Below the pieces are notes generated by a model. It ran no database searches. It worked only from the letters and a program-made list of their open reading frames with translations, and had not been told where the DNA came from. A stretch of 64,000 bases of DNA from Flavobacteriaceae bacterium (GTDB taxonomy: Bacteria > Bacteroidota > Bacteroidia > Flavobacteriales > Flavobacteriaceae), in NCBI GenBank assembly GCA_965659555.1, contig CBFHVY010000002.1, forward strand, positions 12,287-76,286, read 5' to 3'. This document shows, one piece after another, positions 1 through 10,566 of this stretch. A program made the position numbers and the translations under genes. Positions within the stretch are counted from its first letter, which is position 1. The number at the start of each line of letters is the position of its first letter.

Positions 1-511
1 TATCATTGGGGATGTTTTTATCGTAAGCATCTTTATAGTTGTCTATAATAGATTCTAAAATTAAAAAGAGTAGGTAATCTGTTTTCTTCTTTCTAACAAT
101 ACCCGTGTTGTTTACTAGTCGTTCTCTAATCCATTCAAAGTAGTCTCCTTTTTTCTCTTGAATACTCCAGATATGCGATGATGAAACAATAAAAATTAGT
201 TGGTCTGTTTCAAAGCTTGTGCTTTCTGTCTTTAATACCTTCACACCAACAAATAAAGAATCATCTAAGGTAATTACTTTGTTGGGGTGCTCAGAATCTG
301 TGATTAATTTTAATAAGAAGTCATCTAGCTCATTGTTCTTAATTACTTTTTTTATGGAGCTTTGAAAATGCAATCCATAAGTATTTAACCATTGAACACC
401 GTCGGGGGTTTTAGACAACACAATGTCATTAATATCATTAAAGGTATCTTTTGAATAGGTGTCTGGAGCATAACTAATAAGGGTGGTCTGTTCTAAAAAT
501 TGTTTATCCAT
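1..511 (-). CDS. corA: CorA-family Mg2+/Co2+ transporter, N-terminal part (runs off the left edge; missing from the ORF track)
   Basis: Hand translation from ATG at 511 is open to base 1: MDKQFLEQTTLISYAPDTY...GVQWLNTYGLH...HPNKV...IWSIQEKKGDYFEWIRERLVNNTGIVRKKKTDYLLFLILESIIDNY. This is the typical CorA cytoplasmic domain. Confidence 0.85.
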   Translation of the reverse strand, partial: MDKQFLEQTTLISYAPDTYSKDTFNDINDIVLSKTPDGVQWLNTYGLHFQSSIKKVIKNNELDDFLLKLITDSEHPNKVITLDDSLFVGVKVLKTESTSFETDQLIFIVSSSHIWSIQEKKGDYFEWIRERLVNNTGIVRKKKTDYLLFLILESIIDNYKDAYDKNIPND

Positions 512-515
512 AACA

Positions 516-1415
516 TTATGCGTTAGTTTTTAGGTGTTGTAATGCCTTGTGAAGCGCTGGGTACAGGTATGTAAAATCGGTTTTTTCTAGCTTCGTTGAC
601 GACACTCTGCTTCCCTTTAACAAGATACAAGCCATTTCTCCAAAGACTAATTTTAAGAGGAATGATGGAACTCCTAAAGGTAAAAAAGGGCGTTTGAATA
701 TTTTTGCCAGTGCTTTAGCAAAAGAGTAGTTGGTATAATGCTCGCCTGCAACCGCATTATAAGGACCAGAAAAGTCTTGCTCTTCGATACTCTTACAATA
801 GAGTGTACAAAGATCATCTATATGAATCCATGGCATGTATTGTTTTCCATTGCCTAAAGGACTTATAACAGGTGTTTTCATTTTTGCAAGTGCACCCCCT
901 TGAGCACTCAGAACAATTCCTGTACGCAATACTACCGTTCGTATTCCTAAGCTATTAAACTGTGCGCTTGCTTCTTCCCATTGTTTACAAACCATACCCA
1001 AGAAATCACTAGCAGGCGCATCATTTTCTTCGAAGATAGTTTCGCTAGTTAGGCTTCCATAGTAGCCTGTTGCCGAAGCAGCCACAAAAGCTTTAAGAGG
1101 GATGTCGAGTTTTTGTACGGTATCAAACAGCAGTTGTGTGGAGTTTACTCTACTCTCTAAAATCACTTGCTTACGTTGCTTTGACCACCGTTGATCTGCA
1201 ATACCTGCACCTGCGAGGTGTACAATCGCATCGATGTTTACAAAAGCCTCCTCGTCTATAGTTCCTTTAGCTATATCCCAACCATAGGTGGGATAGGGTC
1301 CTTTATTAGAAGAACGTCTACTCAATAAGGCAACTTCGTATCCTTTAGAAACCAACATTTCACAAAGACGAGCACCTACAAGACCAGTACCCCCAGAAAC
1401 TAATATTCTTTTCAT
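516..1415 (-). CDS. TIGR01777-family NAD(P)-dependent epimerase/oxidoreductase
   Basis: SGGTGLVG Rossmann motif, HLAGAGIA, MPWIHIDD, GPYNAVA, C-terminal DUF1731-like segment. Confidence 0.9.
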   Translation of the reverse strand: MKRILVSGGTGLVGARLCEMLVSKGYEVALLSRRSSNKGPYPTYGWDIAKGTIDEEAFVNIDAIVHLAGAGIADQRWSKQRKQVILESRVNSTQLLFDTVQKLDIPLKAFVAASATGYYGSLTSETIFEENDAPASDFLGMVCKQWEEASAQFNSLGIRTVVLRTGIVLSAQGGALAKMKTPVISPLGNGKQYMPWIHIDDLCTLYCKSIEEQDFSGPYNAVAGEHYTNYSFAKALAKIFKRPFLPLGVPSFLLKLVFGEMACILLKGSRVSSTKLEKTDFTYLYPALHKALQHLKTNA

Positions 1416-1470
1416 TAGTTAAAAATAGGCAATCTTTTTTACAAAGAAGTGGGTACATATTCAAAAAAAG

Positions 1471-1881
1471 TTATAAAAATAAAGCACAGATAATCAAGGT
1501 ATTAGCATAAAAATATAAAAAAAATGACATTTTTTTTACTCCTACTAAAACCGACCCTCCAGTTTTCTCGTAAGTAAGGGTGTATTGAGCATCAAGTTTT
1601 TTGCCAGCCATGTTAAAGTTTTTAGAACGAGTTTTGTCAATAGCCGTATTTCTAGCAATATTGAGAATCCAGGTAAAAAAACGCCCTTTTTCAGGAGCAT
1701 AACTTTCTGCATTATTCCATGCCTTTACAAAAACATCTTGAGCAAGTTCTTCGGCAATGTCATGACTTCGAACAATATTATAGACTATACCCAAAACATT
1801 TTCATGGTACATCTCATATATTTTCTCGAAGGCCTTTACGTCTTTGGCTCTAAAATTTAGTACTAGTTCTTCTTGATTCAT
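1471..1881 (-). pseudogene. ECF sigma factor truncated after region 2 (no region 4)
   Basis: Good sigma-2 (AEELAQDVFVKAW...FFTWILNIARNTAIDKTRS). After ~aa 100 it reads into AT-rich non-sigma sequence and stops at 136 aa. Confidence 0.7.
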
Positions 1882-1927
1882 GGGGGGTTATAGAGTTATA
1901 AAAATACTTAAAAAAATAGGGATACCA

Positions 1928-1959
1928 TAAAAAAAGCCGGAATCAAAGATTCCGGCTTT
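1928..1959 (-). terminator. Rho-independent terminator of the metalloprotease gene
   Basis: AAAGCCGGAATC-AAA-GATTCCGGCTTT hairpin with an A-run to its left (U-tract on the - strand). Confidence 0.8.
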
Positions 1960-1981
1960 GCGTATAATTCAAAGGATTTTC

Positions 1982-4585
1982 TTATTTAATTTCCTCCATC
2001 GCATTGGTAATTAACGTTTTGATATGGTTTTTGTGTGCTTTTGTAGACACATTTCCAGTACCATTACTTACCCAAGTTTTGATGTTTTTTAAATTGTAAA
2101 TCGCCATAGATTTAGCTGCGATAGAAAAACGTCTACTGCTGTTCCCTGTCACCATTCCAATTAATCTAGTGGTATATACCGCTTGTAAATTCTGACGGAA
2201 AGAATTGATGTTTCCATATACATCTGGCTTAAACATAGCATTGTTAAGGTCAGTCATAAAAGAAGCTAAACTATATTCGTTTCCATACAATTCAGAATCA
2301 GCAATACGTTGTAAGGTATTAGGATGCATAATATGCGCTAAAACTCTATTTTGATACCCTAAGATTCTATCGTGAATTTTTGGATCTTCTGGTCCACCAA
2401 AGAAATTATATCCTCTACGTTGTGGCGCTAAGTAATTATATAATTCTTTAGGAGCAGCAAATGCATCAGGAGCAAATACATACTTCTTTAATGCATCCAT
2501 GGCTCTTTTCTGATCTTTTAAACTTACAGGCGTATAGGGTTTTGTTCCCCCTTTTTGACCAGCCATAGCTCTATCTACATATACTCCACCAATAAAACGA
2601 GAGATTACATCACCAGCTCTAGCCGACTGTCCATTTAAAATAGCATAGGCTTGATTTAGTTGCATATACGTTTCTCCTTTTTTAGTAAAACGATCTTGAA
2701 TATCTTTCATCATAGTGTTTACCAATTCAAAACGATTGATTGAATAGGTAATCTGATCATTAGATAAATCTCCAGTCATTACACGTGGGTCAATAGCTTT
2801 TCCTGGGCTACGCATATCATCGGCATCGTTACCAAAAATGTGTTCTGGCTTAGTAGACTCATTCAATAAAGCAGTCATTTCTGCTTCATTTTTAAAGTCC
2901 TGGTATCCAAATTTGATTGCCCAGATATCGTAAGGACCAACAGCCATATCATAGTATTGTCCTTGTTTAGTTCTGTCGTTAGTTAGGTTGATACCCGCAT
3001 AATCCATTACAGAACCAGTTAAGGCTTTTCCTTTAATAAAATCGGCATCAGCTAATTGCTCAGGCGAGAATAATTGACTCGCTTTCATGTTGTGGTTTAA
3101 TCCTAAAGTATGCCCTACTTCGTGCATAATTAAAGATTTCATTCCTTCTTTTTTCATGCCTTCCATTTCTAAGTCAGACGCACCCGTAGCCGCTAAAACA
3201 ATTTTACCAAACATATTGTTTTCGTGCATCATGTGTCCTTTAGAACAGTATAAGAATTCTTTATTTTGAAGCATTTTAAGCTTTTGCTCTTCGTCAGATT
3301 CTAAACCGTAGTTTGCTGCGGTTGTAAATACTCTGTCGTAATACACTCTGTTAGTAAAGTGTACATATTCTAACATAATGTCTGCTCCTAAAATTTCACC
3401 TGTTCTAGGGTTAACAAAACTAGGTCCGTATCCTCCAAAAGGTGGGTTAGGCGAAGAAGTCCAACGCAATACATTGTAGCGTACATCACCAGCATCCCAA
3501 TCAGCATCATCTGGTTGCACTTTTACTACCATGGCATTTTTAAAACCAGCGGCTTCAAAGGCTTCGTTCCATGCTAATACTCCTTCTTTAATGGTTTCTC
3601 TAAATTCCATTGGTGTAGAGTTTTCTATCCACCAAGTAATTGGTGTTACAGGCTCAGAAACAGCAGCGTTAGGATCTTTTTTAACCAATCTCCAACGGTG
3701 AATCATATCTCTATAGTTCACAACAGCGGTAGAGGTCATGTCATTGGTTTGTGTTAAGAAATACCCTACACGAGGATCGTCCATTCTAGGCGAATATCCA
3801 TCCGCAGGCATATTCATAAAGGTGTGGAATAATTGAATACTTACATTACGACCATCGGTAATTGCTTGAGAACCTCCATTTAAAACACCAGGATTATTAA
3901 ACACATATTCTGTTTTGATGTTGGTGTTTTCTGGATAGTTTTTAATTTCATTAATTCGAGATCTCGTATTATCTAATCTACCTAACGTAAATGAGAAAGG
4001 AGATTGCCCTGGGAATCTTGGGTTTTTAATTCTAGTTAAGGTTTCCGATAAAAATAATTTGGTCGCATCAATTAAATACTCTCCAGTTTTATCGTCTTCA
4101 AATAATAATTTTGCGCTTGCAATAGTAGCATTACTAATGTTGGCATCAGAAGATCTAGAAATAGCATTGTTACTATCGAAGTAAAACGAAGTATTTGGCG
4201 CCATAAAGTCGATTCTGTTAAAGTACTTCTGAATATGAAAAACAGAAGACCCTCTATAAGACCCTCTGAAAGCATTTGCATCGGTAACTCCATTGGCTAC
4301 TTGAGCAAAGTAAATAAAGTCTTTGTCGAGTTGTTCTTTTTTTACCAACATCTTTACAGCACCTGTAACAGTGTCTTGAAAAATGGTAAATAAACCGTCT
4401 ATTTTTTTGCTTCCTTTGGTAAGGCTAGCAACAGATTTTTTTGGTTTCGGTTTTGGTTTTGGAGCAACCACTTCAGTTTGCCCTTTCTTCTTGCGCTTTT
4501 TACGTTGAGCATCCATATCTTGAACGCCTACAACAGCACATACCAAAAATAGGGACAATAAAAATTTAATTTTTTTTGAATACAT
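1982..4585 (-). CDS. Zinc-dependent metalloprotease (DUF5117/DUF4953, EcxA-like), secreted
   Basis: Signal peptide, DPRVGYF, HEVGHTLGLNHN zincin motif, SVMDY Met-turn. Confidence 0.9.
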   Translation of the reverse strand: MYSKKIKFLLSLFLVCAVVGVQDMDAQRKKRKKKGQTEVVAPKPKPKPKKSVASLTKGSKKIDGLFTIFQDTVTGAVKMLVKKEQLDKDFIYFAQVANGVTDANAFRGSYRGSSVFHIQKYFNRIDFMAPNTSFYFDSNNAISRSSDANISNATIASAKLLFEDDKTGEYLIDATKLFLSETLTRIKNPRFPGQSPFSFTLGRLDNTRSRINEIKNYPENTNIKTEYVFNNPGVLNGGSQAITDGRNVSIQLFHTFMNMPADGYSPRMDDPRVGYFLTQTNDMTSTAVVNYRDMIHRWRLVKKDPNAAVSEPVTPITWWIENSTPMEFRETIKEGVLAWNEAFEAAGFKNAMVVKVQPDDADWDAGDVRYNVLRWTSSPNPPFGGYGPSFVNPRTGEILGADIMLEYVHFTNRVYYDRVFTTAANYGLESDEEQKLKMLQNKEFLYCSKGHMMHENNMFGKIVLAATGASDLEMEGMKKEGMKSLIMHEVGHTLGLNHNMKASQLFSPEQLADADFIKGKALTGSVMDYAGINLTNDRTKQGQYYDMAVGPYDIWAIKFGYQDFKNEAEMTALLNESTKPEHIFGNDADDMRSPGKAIDPRVMTGDLSNDQITYSINRFELVNTMMKDIQDRFTKKGETYMQLNQAYAILNGQSARAGDVISRFIGGVYVDRAMAGQKGGTKPYTPVSLKDQKRAMDALKKYVFAPDAFAAPKELYNYLAPQRRGYNFFGGPEDPKIHDRILGYQNRVLAHIMHPNTLQRIADSELYGNEYSLASFMTDLNNAMFKPDVYGNINSFRQNLQAVYTTRLIGMVTGNSSRRFSIAAKSMAIYNLKNIKTWVSNGTGNVSTKAHKNHIKTLITNAMEEIK

Positions 4586-4790
4586 GTTTTCGTGTTTAAT
4601 AGTTAATTAAGAATTGTATGTTTGATAATTTGGCTTCTAAAAATAGCTAATTATTGTTAAACAATGTTTTAGAACTGCCAAAACATTAACGATTTAACAT
4701 TTTTATCACATTTTATTTGTGTTTTCCTTAGCACTAGCATAAAAATTTTTTGCTCAAAAAGCCGTATTTTTATACCGCTAAAAAAGATAC

Positions 4791-5906
4791 ATGAAAAGAA
4801 GCGGATTTATTTTTACGAAATACGAAGCCCCAGATCAATCTCCCTTCGAAAAATTATTTGAAATATTTAAGGAACTCATCACTTATACCTCTGGTGATTT
4901 TGATGAGGCTATCGATTGGTTAAGGCAATTAGACAAGGAGTATAGCTTAACAACCGATGAGTATACCATCGACGATTTTATTGAAGACCTCAAAGCGAAA
5001 GGATATATTAAAGAAGAAATAGAGCCCGATGGTGCTGGGGGAGGTATGGCCATTACTGCAAAAACAGAACGCGCTATTCGTCAACAAGCATTGCAACATA
5101 TTTTTGGAAAAATAAAACGAAGCGGTTCTGGAAACCATAAAAGTAAAAGCCCCGGAGTAGGCGATGAGCATACAGGAGACTTTAGGGCATATCAATTTGG
5201 AGATGCGCTAGACAAAGTATCAGTCACGGAGAGTTTAAAAAATGCGCAAATCAATCACGGTATAGGAAACTTTAACTTAACGGAAGAAGATTTAGTGGTT
5301 GAAGAAACAATGCACAAAGCTCAAATGAGTACCGTGTTAATGATTGATATTAGTCATAGTATGATTTTGTATGGAGAAGATAGAATTACCCCTGCAAAAA
5401 AAGTAGCCATGGCTTTAGCCGAGTTGATTACAACACGTTACCCTAAAGACACTCTTGATATTTTGGTGTTTGGAAATGATGCTTGGCCAATCTCAATTCA
5501 AGAGTTACCCTATTTAAAAGTAGGCCCCTATCATACCAATACTGTAGCAGGACTCCAATTGGCTATGGATATGTTGCGTAGAAAACGGAATACGAATAAA
5601 CAAATTTTTATGATTACCGATGGGAAACCAAGTTGCTTGAGAATGCCCGACGGACAGTATTATAAAAATAGTAATGGACTAGATTCCTTTATTACAAATA
5701 GATGCTATGCCATGGCTCAACAGGCAAGAAAATTGCATATTCCCATAACCACATTTATGATTGCACAAGACCCCTATCTTATGCAGTTTGTAAGTGCATT
5801 TACAAAAGCCAATCAAGGGAAAGCTTTTTATACAGGATTGAAAGGGTTAGGGGAAATGATTTTTGAAGATTATGAAACAAATAGAAAAAAGAGAATACGA
5901 GGATAA
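4791..5906 (+). CDS. von Willebrand factor A domain protein
   Basis: MIDAS elements DISHS, HTNT and ITDG. Confidence 0.85.
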   Translation: MKRSGFIFTKYEAPDQSPFEKLFEIFKELITYTSGDFDEAIDWLRQLDKEYSLTTDEYTIDDFIEDLKAKGYIKEEIEPDGAGGGMAITAKTERAIRQQALQHIFGKIKRSGSGNHKSKSPGVGDEHTGDFRAYQFGDALDKVSVTESLKNAQINHGIGNFNLTEEDLVVEETMHKAQMSTVLMIDISHSMILYGEDRITPAKKVAMALAELITTRYPKDTLDILVFGNDAWPISIQELPYLKVGPYHTNTVAGLQLAMDMLRRKRNTNKQIFMITDGKPSCLRMPDGQYYKNSNGLDSFITNRCYAMAQQARKLHIPITTFMIAQDPYLMQFVSAFTKANQGKAFYTGLKGLGEMIFEDYETNRKKRIRG

Positions 5907-5907
5907 T

Positions 5908-7374
5908 ATGGATACAGCAAGTATTAACACATTAGGAGCTTTAAAAAAAGCAGGATATCAATCTAAATCGATTAAAGATGAATTGCGTCAAAACCTCATT
6001 TCAAAAATAAAGCATAAAGAAACCACGTTTGTCGGAATCCACGGTTATGAAGAAACTGTAATTCCAGAATTAGAGCGTGCCATTTTATCTAAGCACAATA
6101 TTAATTTACTAGGGCTAAGAGGTCAGGCTAAAACACGACTCGCACGATTAATGGTCGACCTTTTAGATGAGTATATTCCCATAGTAGCCGATTCTGAAAT
6201 TAACGATGATCCGCTTCAACCCATCTCTCGATATGCTCAAGAATTGATTGCAGAGAAAGGAGATGACACCCCAATTCAATGGTTGCACAGATCGGCTCGT
6301 TTTGCTGAAAAACTGGCTACTCCAGATGTTACTGTTGCCGATATTATTGGTGATGTAGACCCCATCAAAGCAGCGCATCTTAAATTGAGTTATGCAGATG
6401 ACCGTGTGATCCATTACGGTATGATTCCAAGAGCCAATCGTTGCATTTTTGTGATTAATGAGCTTCCCGATTTACAAGCTAGAATTCAGGTGGCCTTATT
6501 TAATATTTTACAGGAAGGCGATGTTCAAATCCGAGGCTTTAAATTGCGTTTGCCTTTAGATATGCAGTTTGTGTTTACGGCAAACCCAGAAGACTATACC
6601 AATAGAGGAAGTATAGTAACCCCACTAAAAGATAGAATAGGGTCTCAAATTTTAACCCATTATCCAGAAGATATTGAAACTGCAAAAGTTATTACCCAAC
6701 AAGAGGCAAAATTAGACCGCAGATTATTAGATACTGTTTTTGTTCCCGAACTCGCCAAAGACCTATTAGAGCAAATTGTTTTTGAAGCAAGAGATAGTGA
6801 GTATATCGATGCTAAAAGTGGGGTAAGCGCCCGTTTAAGTATTACGGCTTATGAGAACTTAATTAGTACAGCAGAACGAAGAGCACTGCGTTCTGGAGCA
6901 CAACACACCAAAGTTCGGTTGAGTGATTTTATGGGAATCATTCCTGCTATTACGGGTAAAGTTGAACTCGTTTATGAAGGAGAACAAGAAGGCGCTTCAT
7001 TTGTAGCGCATACCTTAATTGGTCATGCTGTAAAAGCCTTATTTAAAGAACACTTTCCAAAGATCAAGAAAATTGAAAAGCAAGACGAAGAAACTCCTTA
7101 TGATGGTCTCATCTCCTTTTTCTTTAATAGCGAAGATGAGTTTGAATTGTTGGACGAGCTTTCCGATGAAGCTTATGAACTCTTATTAGATAGTATTCAG
7201 CCTTTAGCAGCACTACTAGACGAATATCACCCAACACTTTCTAAAGAAGAACGCTATTTTATGAAAGAGTTTGTTTTGTGGGGCTTAGTAGAATACAAGA
7301 AACTTAGCAAAGAGCGTTTTGCCGATGGTACTCAGTTTAATGATCCTTACGGAAATTATTTAAGTAGTATTTAA
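5908..7374 (+). CDS. AAA+ ATPase (Mg-chelatase/MoxR-like), partner of the vWA protein
   Basis: GLRGQAKT (Walker A-like), FVINE (Walker B-like), TANPEDY, PLKDR. Likely start is ATG 5908 right after the vWA stop; the track starts at 5863. Confidence 0.8.
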   Translation: MDTASINTLGALKKAGYQSKSIKDELRQNLISKIKHKETTFVGIHGYEETVIPELERAILSKHNINLLGLRGQAKTRLARLMVDLLDEYIPIVADSEINDDPLQPISRYAQELIAEKGDDTPIQWLHRSARFAEKLATPDVTVADIIGDVDPIKAAHLKLSYADDRVIHYGMIPRANRCIFVINELPDLQARIQVALFNILQEGDVQIRGFKLRLPLDMQFVFTANPEDYTNRGSIVTPLKDRIGSQILTHYPEDIETAKVITQQEAKLDRRLLDTVFVPELAKDLLEQIVFEARDSEYIDAKSGVSARLSITAYENLISTAERRALRSGAQHTKVRLSDFMGIIPAITGKVELVYEGEQEGASFVAHTLIGHAVKALFKEHFPKIKKIEKQDEETPYDGLISFFFNSEDEFELLDELSDEAYELLLDSIQPLAALLDEYHPTLSKEERYFMKEFVLWGLVEYKKLSKERFADGTQFNDPYGNYLSSI

Positions 7375-7378
7375 ACCT

Positions 7379-7407
7379 AAAAAAGCCACGCATTGCGTGG
7401 CTTTTTT
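7379..7407. terminator. Bidirectional terminator between convergent genes
   Basis: AAAAAAGCCACGCA-T-TGCGTGGCTTTTTT. Confidence 0.85.
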
Positions 7408-7427
7408 ATGCGTTATACACGATGCTT

Positions 7428-8756
7428 TTAGCGGTATACTCCCGAAGGGAATACCACCACGCTTTCGTGTCCGTTGGCACCAACAGCGGCTACTCCAAAG
7501 AAAAAATTATCAATTACAATACCTTCTAAAATCAGTTCGTTTACATTTTCTACATATCTAAAATGATCCCAAGTAGGGGAAGTGGTGTCTCTCCAATACA
7601 CTTTATATCCTTTCGCGTTAGCAACAGGTTCCCAACGTAACTTCACTGCAGGTTCTACAATACCTCCAATTTCTACATTTTTAGGCGATGGTGGAGCCCA
7701 AGCCAAACTGGCTAAATTTATGGCATTGACAGCCGTAAGTTTTTTAGCGTAATCAAAATTTACAAATTCAAGTTTATCGCCATAATCAATGCCATTTTCA
7801 GTGCGAATATCTTGGTGTTGTTGGGTGTAATTTTCGTGCATTTCCATAATTCGAACTCCAGGAAATCCAACATCATTAAAAGGTCTATGATGTCCTCCTC
7901 GTCCAAAACGATCTAAACGGTAAATCATTTTAGGATTCATTTCTGGCATATAGGTTTGAACAGTTTTGTGAATATAACGTGCTAACTGACGCGAGATTCC
8001 ATCTACTTCACCACCATAAAAACGACGCATTCTACGTGCTCTTTCTGTTTCAGTGGGTGGGGTTGGTTCCGAGAAAATTCTAAAGGTTCTGTTGTCTATC
8101 ACACCGTCTACACCAGTAATATTTCCAATCATATCGTTGTTCATAATACCTATAATTTCCCAATCCTGGTCTTGAGCATATTTGGCTAAACCTTGACCTC
8201 CATAGAGCCCTTGCTCTTCACCAGAAAGTCCAACGTAGATAATACTGTTTTCAAAGCTATATTTCGAAAGTACGCGAGCAGCCTCAATGGTGCCTGCCAT
8301 TCCAGAAGCATTGTCGTTTGCTCCAGGGGAGTCTGAAGTGAAGTCGGTAGCATTTGAGACTCTAGAATCGATATCACCACTCATAATTATAAAACGATTC
8401 GGATATGTTGTTCCTCTTTGTATGGCAACTACATTCACCACTTCTACATCCTTTACAATGCGTCGGCCATCTTTTTTTACTAGATTTTTTTGATAAAAAA
8501 CATCTAAACAGCTCTCGCACTCATTGCTAATATTGTCGAATTCAGATTTTATCCATCTTCTTGCAGCGCCAATACCTCTAGTTGAAGATATGGTGTCGCT
8601 TAAGGTATGTCTGGTTCCAAAATTAACAAGTTGTGTAATATCGCGTTCAATGCGATCTGCCGAAACAGCCGATATGATATCGTAAATTTTAGTGTTGGTT
8701 TGAGCGGTTAATACGCCAGAAAATATAAAGGCGAAAAGTAAACTGTAGTTCTTCAT
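7428..8756 (-). CDS. M28-family aminopeptidase with C-terminal fibronectin III-like domain
   Basis: GDIDSR, GANDNASG, GEEQGL, NNDMIG, GGHHRPF motifs and a signal peptide. Confidence 0.88.
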   Translation of the reverse strand: MKNYSLLFAFIFSGVLTAQTNTKIYDIISAVSADRIERDITQLVNFGTRHTLSDTISSTRGIGAARRWIKSEFDNISNECESCLDVFYQKNLVKKDGRRIVKDVEVVNVVAIQRGTTYPNRFIIMSGDIDSRVSNATDFTSDSPGANDNASGMAGTIEAARVLSKYSFENSIIYVGLSGEEQGLYGGQGLAKYAQDQDWEIIGIMNNDMIGNITGVDGVIDNRTFRIFSEPTPPTETERARRMRRFYGGEVDGISRQLARYIHKTVQTYMPEMNPKMIYRLDRFGRGGHHRPFNDVGFPGVRIMEMHENYTQQHQDIRTENGIDYGDKLEFVNFDYAKKLTAVNAINLASLAWAPPSPKNVEIGGIVEPAVKLRWEPVANAKGYKVYWRDTTSPTWDHFRYVENVNELILEGIVIDNFFFGVAAVGANGHESVVVFPSGVYR

Positions 8757-8758
8757 AA

Positions 8759-10090
8759 TTAGTTGTTTTTAAAATACCAAAAGGGGATGATATCGTCGGT
8801 ACGTATTAGGGTGTCTTTTTCTTTTATAAATAGACTTTTTAATCGTAGCAAATGCTTTCCATCGGAAAGACCTTTAATATTAAGGTAGGTTTCAAAACCT
8901 ATATTTCCTTGTTTGTTTTTAGAAAATAAAAAATCATGTGGATATTCAATACTATCGATAACAATTTTATGAGTGTTGTTAAACGCTTTTAAATAGGTTT
9001 TTGAAAGTCTTCTTTTTTTTGAGTCGGAGATTTTGGAGCTTGAAAAGAAGTTGAGTTCCGATTTTAATCCACGTTCATCATTTTTTGGGATTAATGTAGA
9101 GTCCCAATTAAATATTCTCGATTCTAGATTATTGTTATGTATTCTAAACAATTTTATATACGGGTCTGTAATGACTTTTGACTGTATCGTAGCAGTCTTT
9201 GCAAATATGCGTTGCTCTAAAGAGAGCAGGTCTTCGTAGTGTTCGTGTTTAAACGATTGACTAGAGATTAGCAGGTTTTCTTGAAGGTAATTAGACTTTT
9301 CGTATTTAAATGTTATGAGTATAAGTAGCACTCCATAGATTGGAATGAGTGCATAGAGCAATCGTTTTCCGAAGGTATTGTCTAGAAAATTATAGACTAA
9401 CGGTCTGTAAATAAACGATAGCGTAATGTATCCATACACCCAATAGAAGGGAAAATATATTTTTGAGAGCCATTTATTTCGTTTAAGATATCCCTGTGTT
9501 ATAAAATCAATGGCATTTAAAAAGGTGGCGATTATGATAAAAATAATGAGGAATATTCCGGTAATCTCACCAATTTCATAGGGAATAAAATCTGTTTCTA
9601 ATAGGGTAAAGACAATGAGTAAAATGGTTAACAACACCGCTACTGCCGATAAAACATAAAAAATTAATAAGAATGAAACGGCAAAAAGAATACTACAGTA
9701 ATCTTCTAGGGTGGCGATATATTTGTCGAATGACCCTACTTTTTTTTCTAGATATTTCGTGAATTTTAGACTGTACTTTAACTTTTCATATTCAATATCT
9801 CCAGAAATATATCGAAGTCCTAATGCGCCAATCCATAAGCCTCTTAGAATAACATGAAGAATAAGATTAAAAATAAGAATAGAACAGGCGGCTATGGCAA
9901 TTCCATATAATAGTACAGGGTACACTTGGTTTTCGCTTTGAGCAATAACAAAACCATTAACAATGGGGTCAAAAGCTGTGAATAAACCAAAAATAGCAAA
10001 ACCAGAAATGATCAGTTCAAGCTGCCAACTTTCTTGTTGGAGTTGTGTTAGCCATTCTTTAAAAGAGGTACTTTTATAGTTATTACTCAT
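8759..10090 (-). CDS. Hypothetical multi-pass membrane protein
   Basis: 443-aa ORF with several hydrophobic segments and a soluble C-terminal third; 2 nt from the M28 gene. Confidence 0.75.
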   Translation of the reverse strand: MSNNYKSTSFKEWLTQLQQESWQLELIISGFAIFGLFTAFDPIVNGFVIAQSENQVYPVLLYGIAIAACSILIFNLILHVILRGLWIGALGLRYISGDIEYEKLKYSLKFTKYLEKKVGSFDKYIATLEDYCSILFAVSFLLIFYVLSAVAVLLTILLIVFTLLETDFIPYEIGEITGIFLIIFIIIATFLNAIDFITQGYLKRNKWLSKIYFPFYWVYGYITLSFIYRPLVYNFLDNTFGKRLLYALIPIYGVLLILITFKYEKSNYLQENLLISSQSFKHEHYEDLLSLEQRIFAKTATIQSKVITDPYIKLFRIHNNNLESRIFNWDSTLIPKNDERGLKSELNFFSSSKISDSKKRRLSKTYLKAFNNTHKIVIDSIEYPHDFLFSKNKQGNIGFETYLNIKGLSDGKHLLRLKSLFIKEKDTLIRTDDIIPFWYFKNN

Positions 10091-10131
10091 GGTACTTTTT
10101 AAAACTTAAAGGTAAGGAGATTCTTAACAAC

Positions 10132-10162
10132 AAAAAAAACCATTTCTATATGAAATGGTTTT
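10132..10162 (-). terminator. Terminator after the DUF6249 gene
   Basis: AAAACCATTTC-TATAT-GAAATGGTTTT hairpin with an A-run to its left. Confidence 0.7.
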
Positions 10163-10182
10163 GCTTTTTAAGTCGACTACAG

Positions 10183-10521
10183 TCATTCGTTTTCAAGCTT
10201 CTTAGTAAGGTTAAAGCCTACAAATAGACCGATACCAGCCATTAAGAAAATGGTTCCAGGGTAGGCTACTTCTTCTTCAACCCCCAAGCTACTTACAAAG
10301 GCAGCGATAAAAACTCCTGCACCAATACCCATTAATAAAACGGCTAAGTTTAATGTTAATACCTTCCAAAAAGGGGCTTGTTTTTGATCTCCTTTTCCAA
10401 AGATACTGGCATCTGCTCCTTTTTCAATAAGAGCTAAACGCTCTTTGTTACGTGTTGAAAAGTATAAATAGAATACTCCAAAAAGTGAACCAAATATAAT
10501 GGCTAATACTACTGCTTCCAT
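10183..10521 (-). CDS. DUF6249-like small membrane protein
   Basis: N-terminal TM, RNKERLALIEKG, two further TMs. Confidence 0.75.
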   Translation of the reverse strand: MEAVVLAIIFGSLFGVFYLYFSTRNKERLALIEKGADASIFGKGDQKQAPFWKVLTLNLAVLLMGIGAGVFIAAFVSSLGVEEEVAYPGTIFLMAGIGLFVGFNLTKKLENE

Positions 10522-10566
10522 AATTGTGTTTTTAAATTGTTTATTTTTAATGTGTTTGTAGCATAG

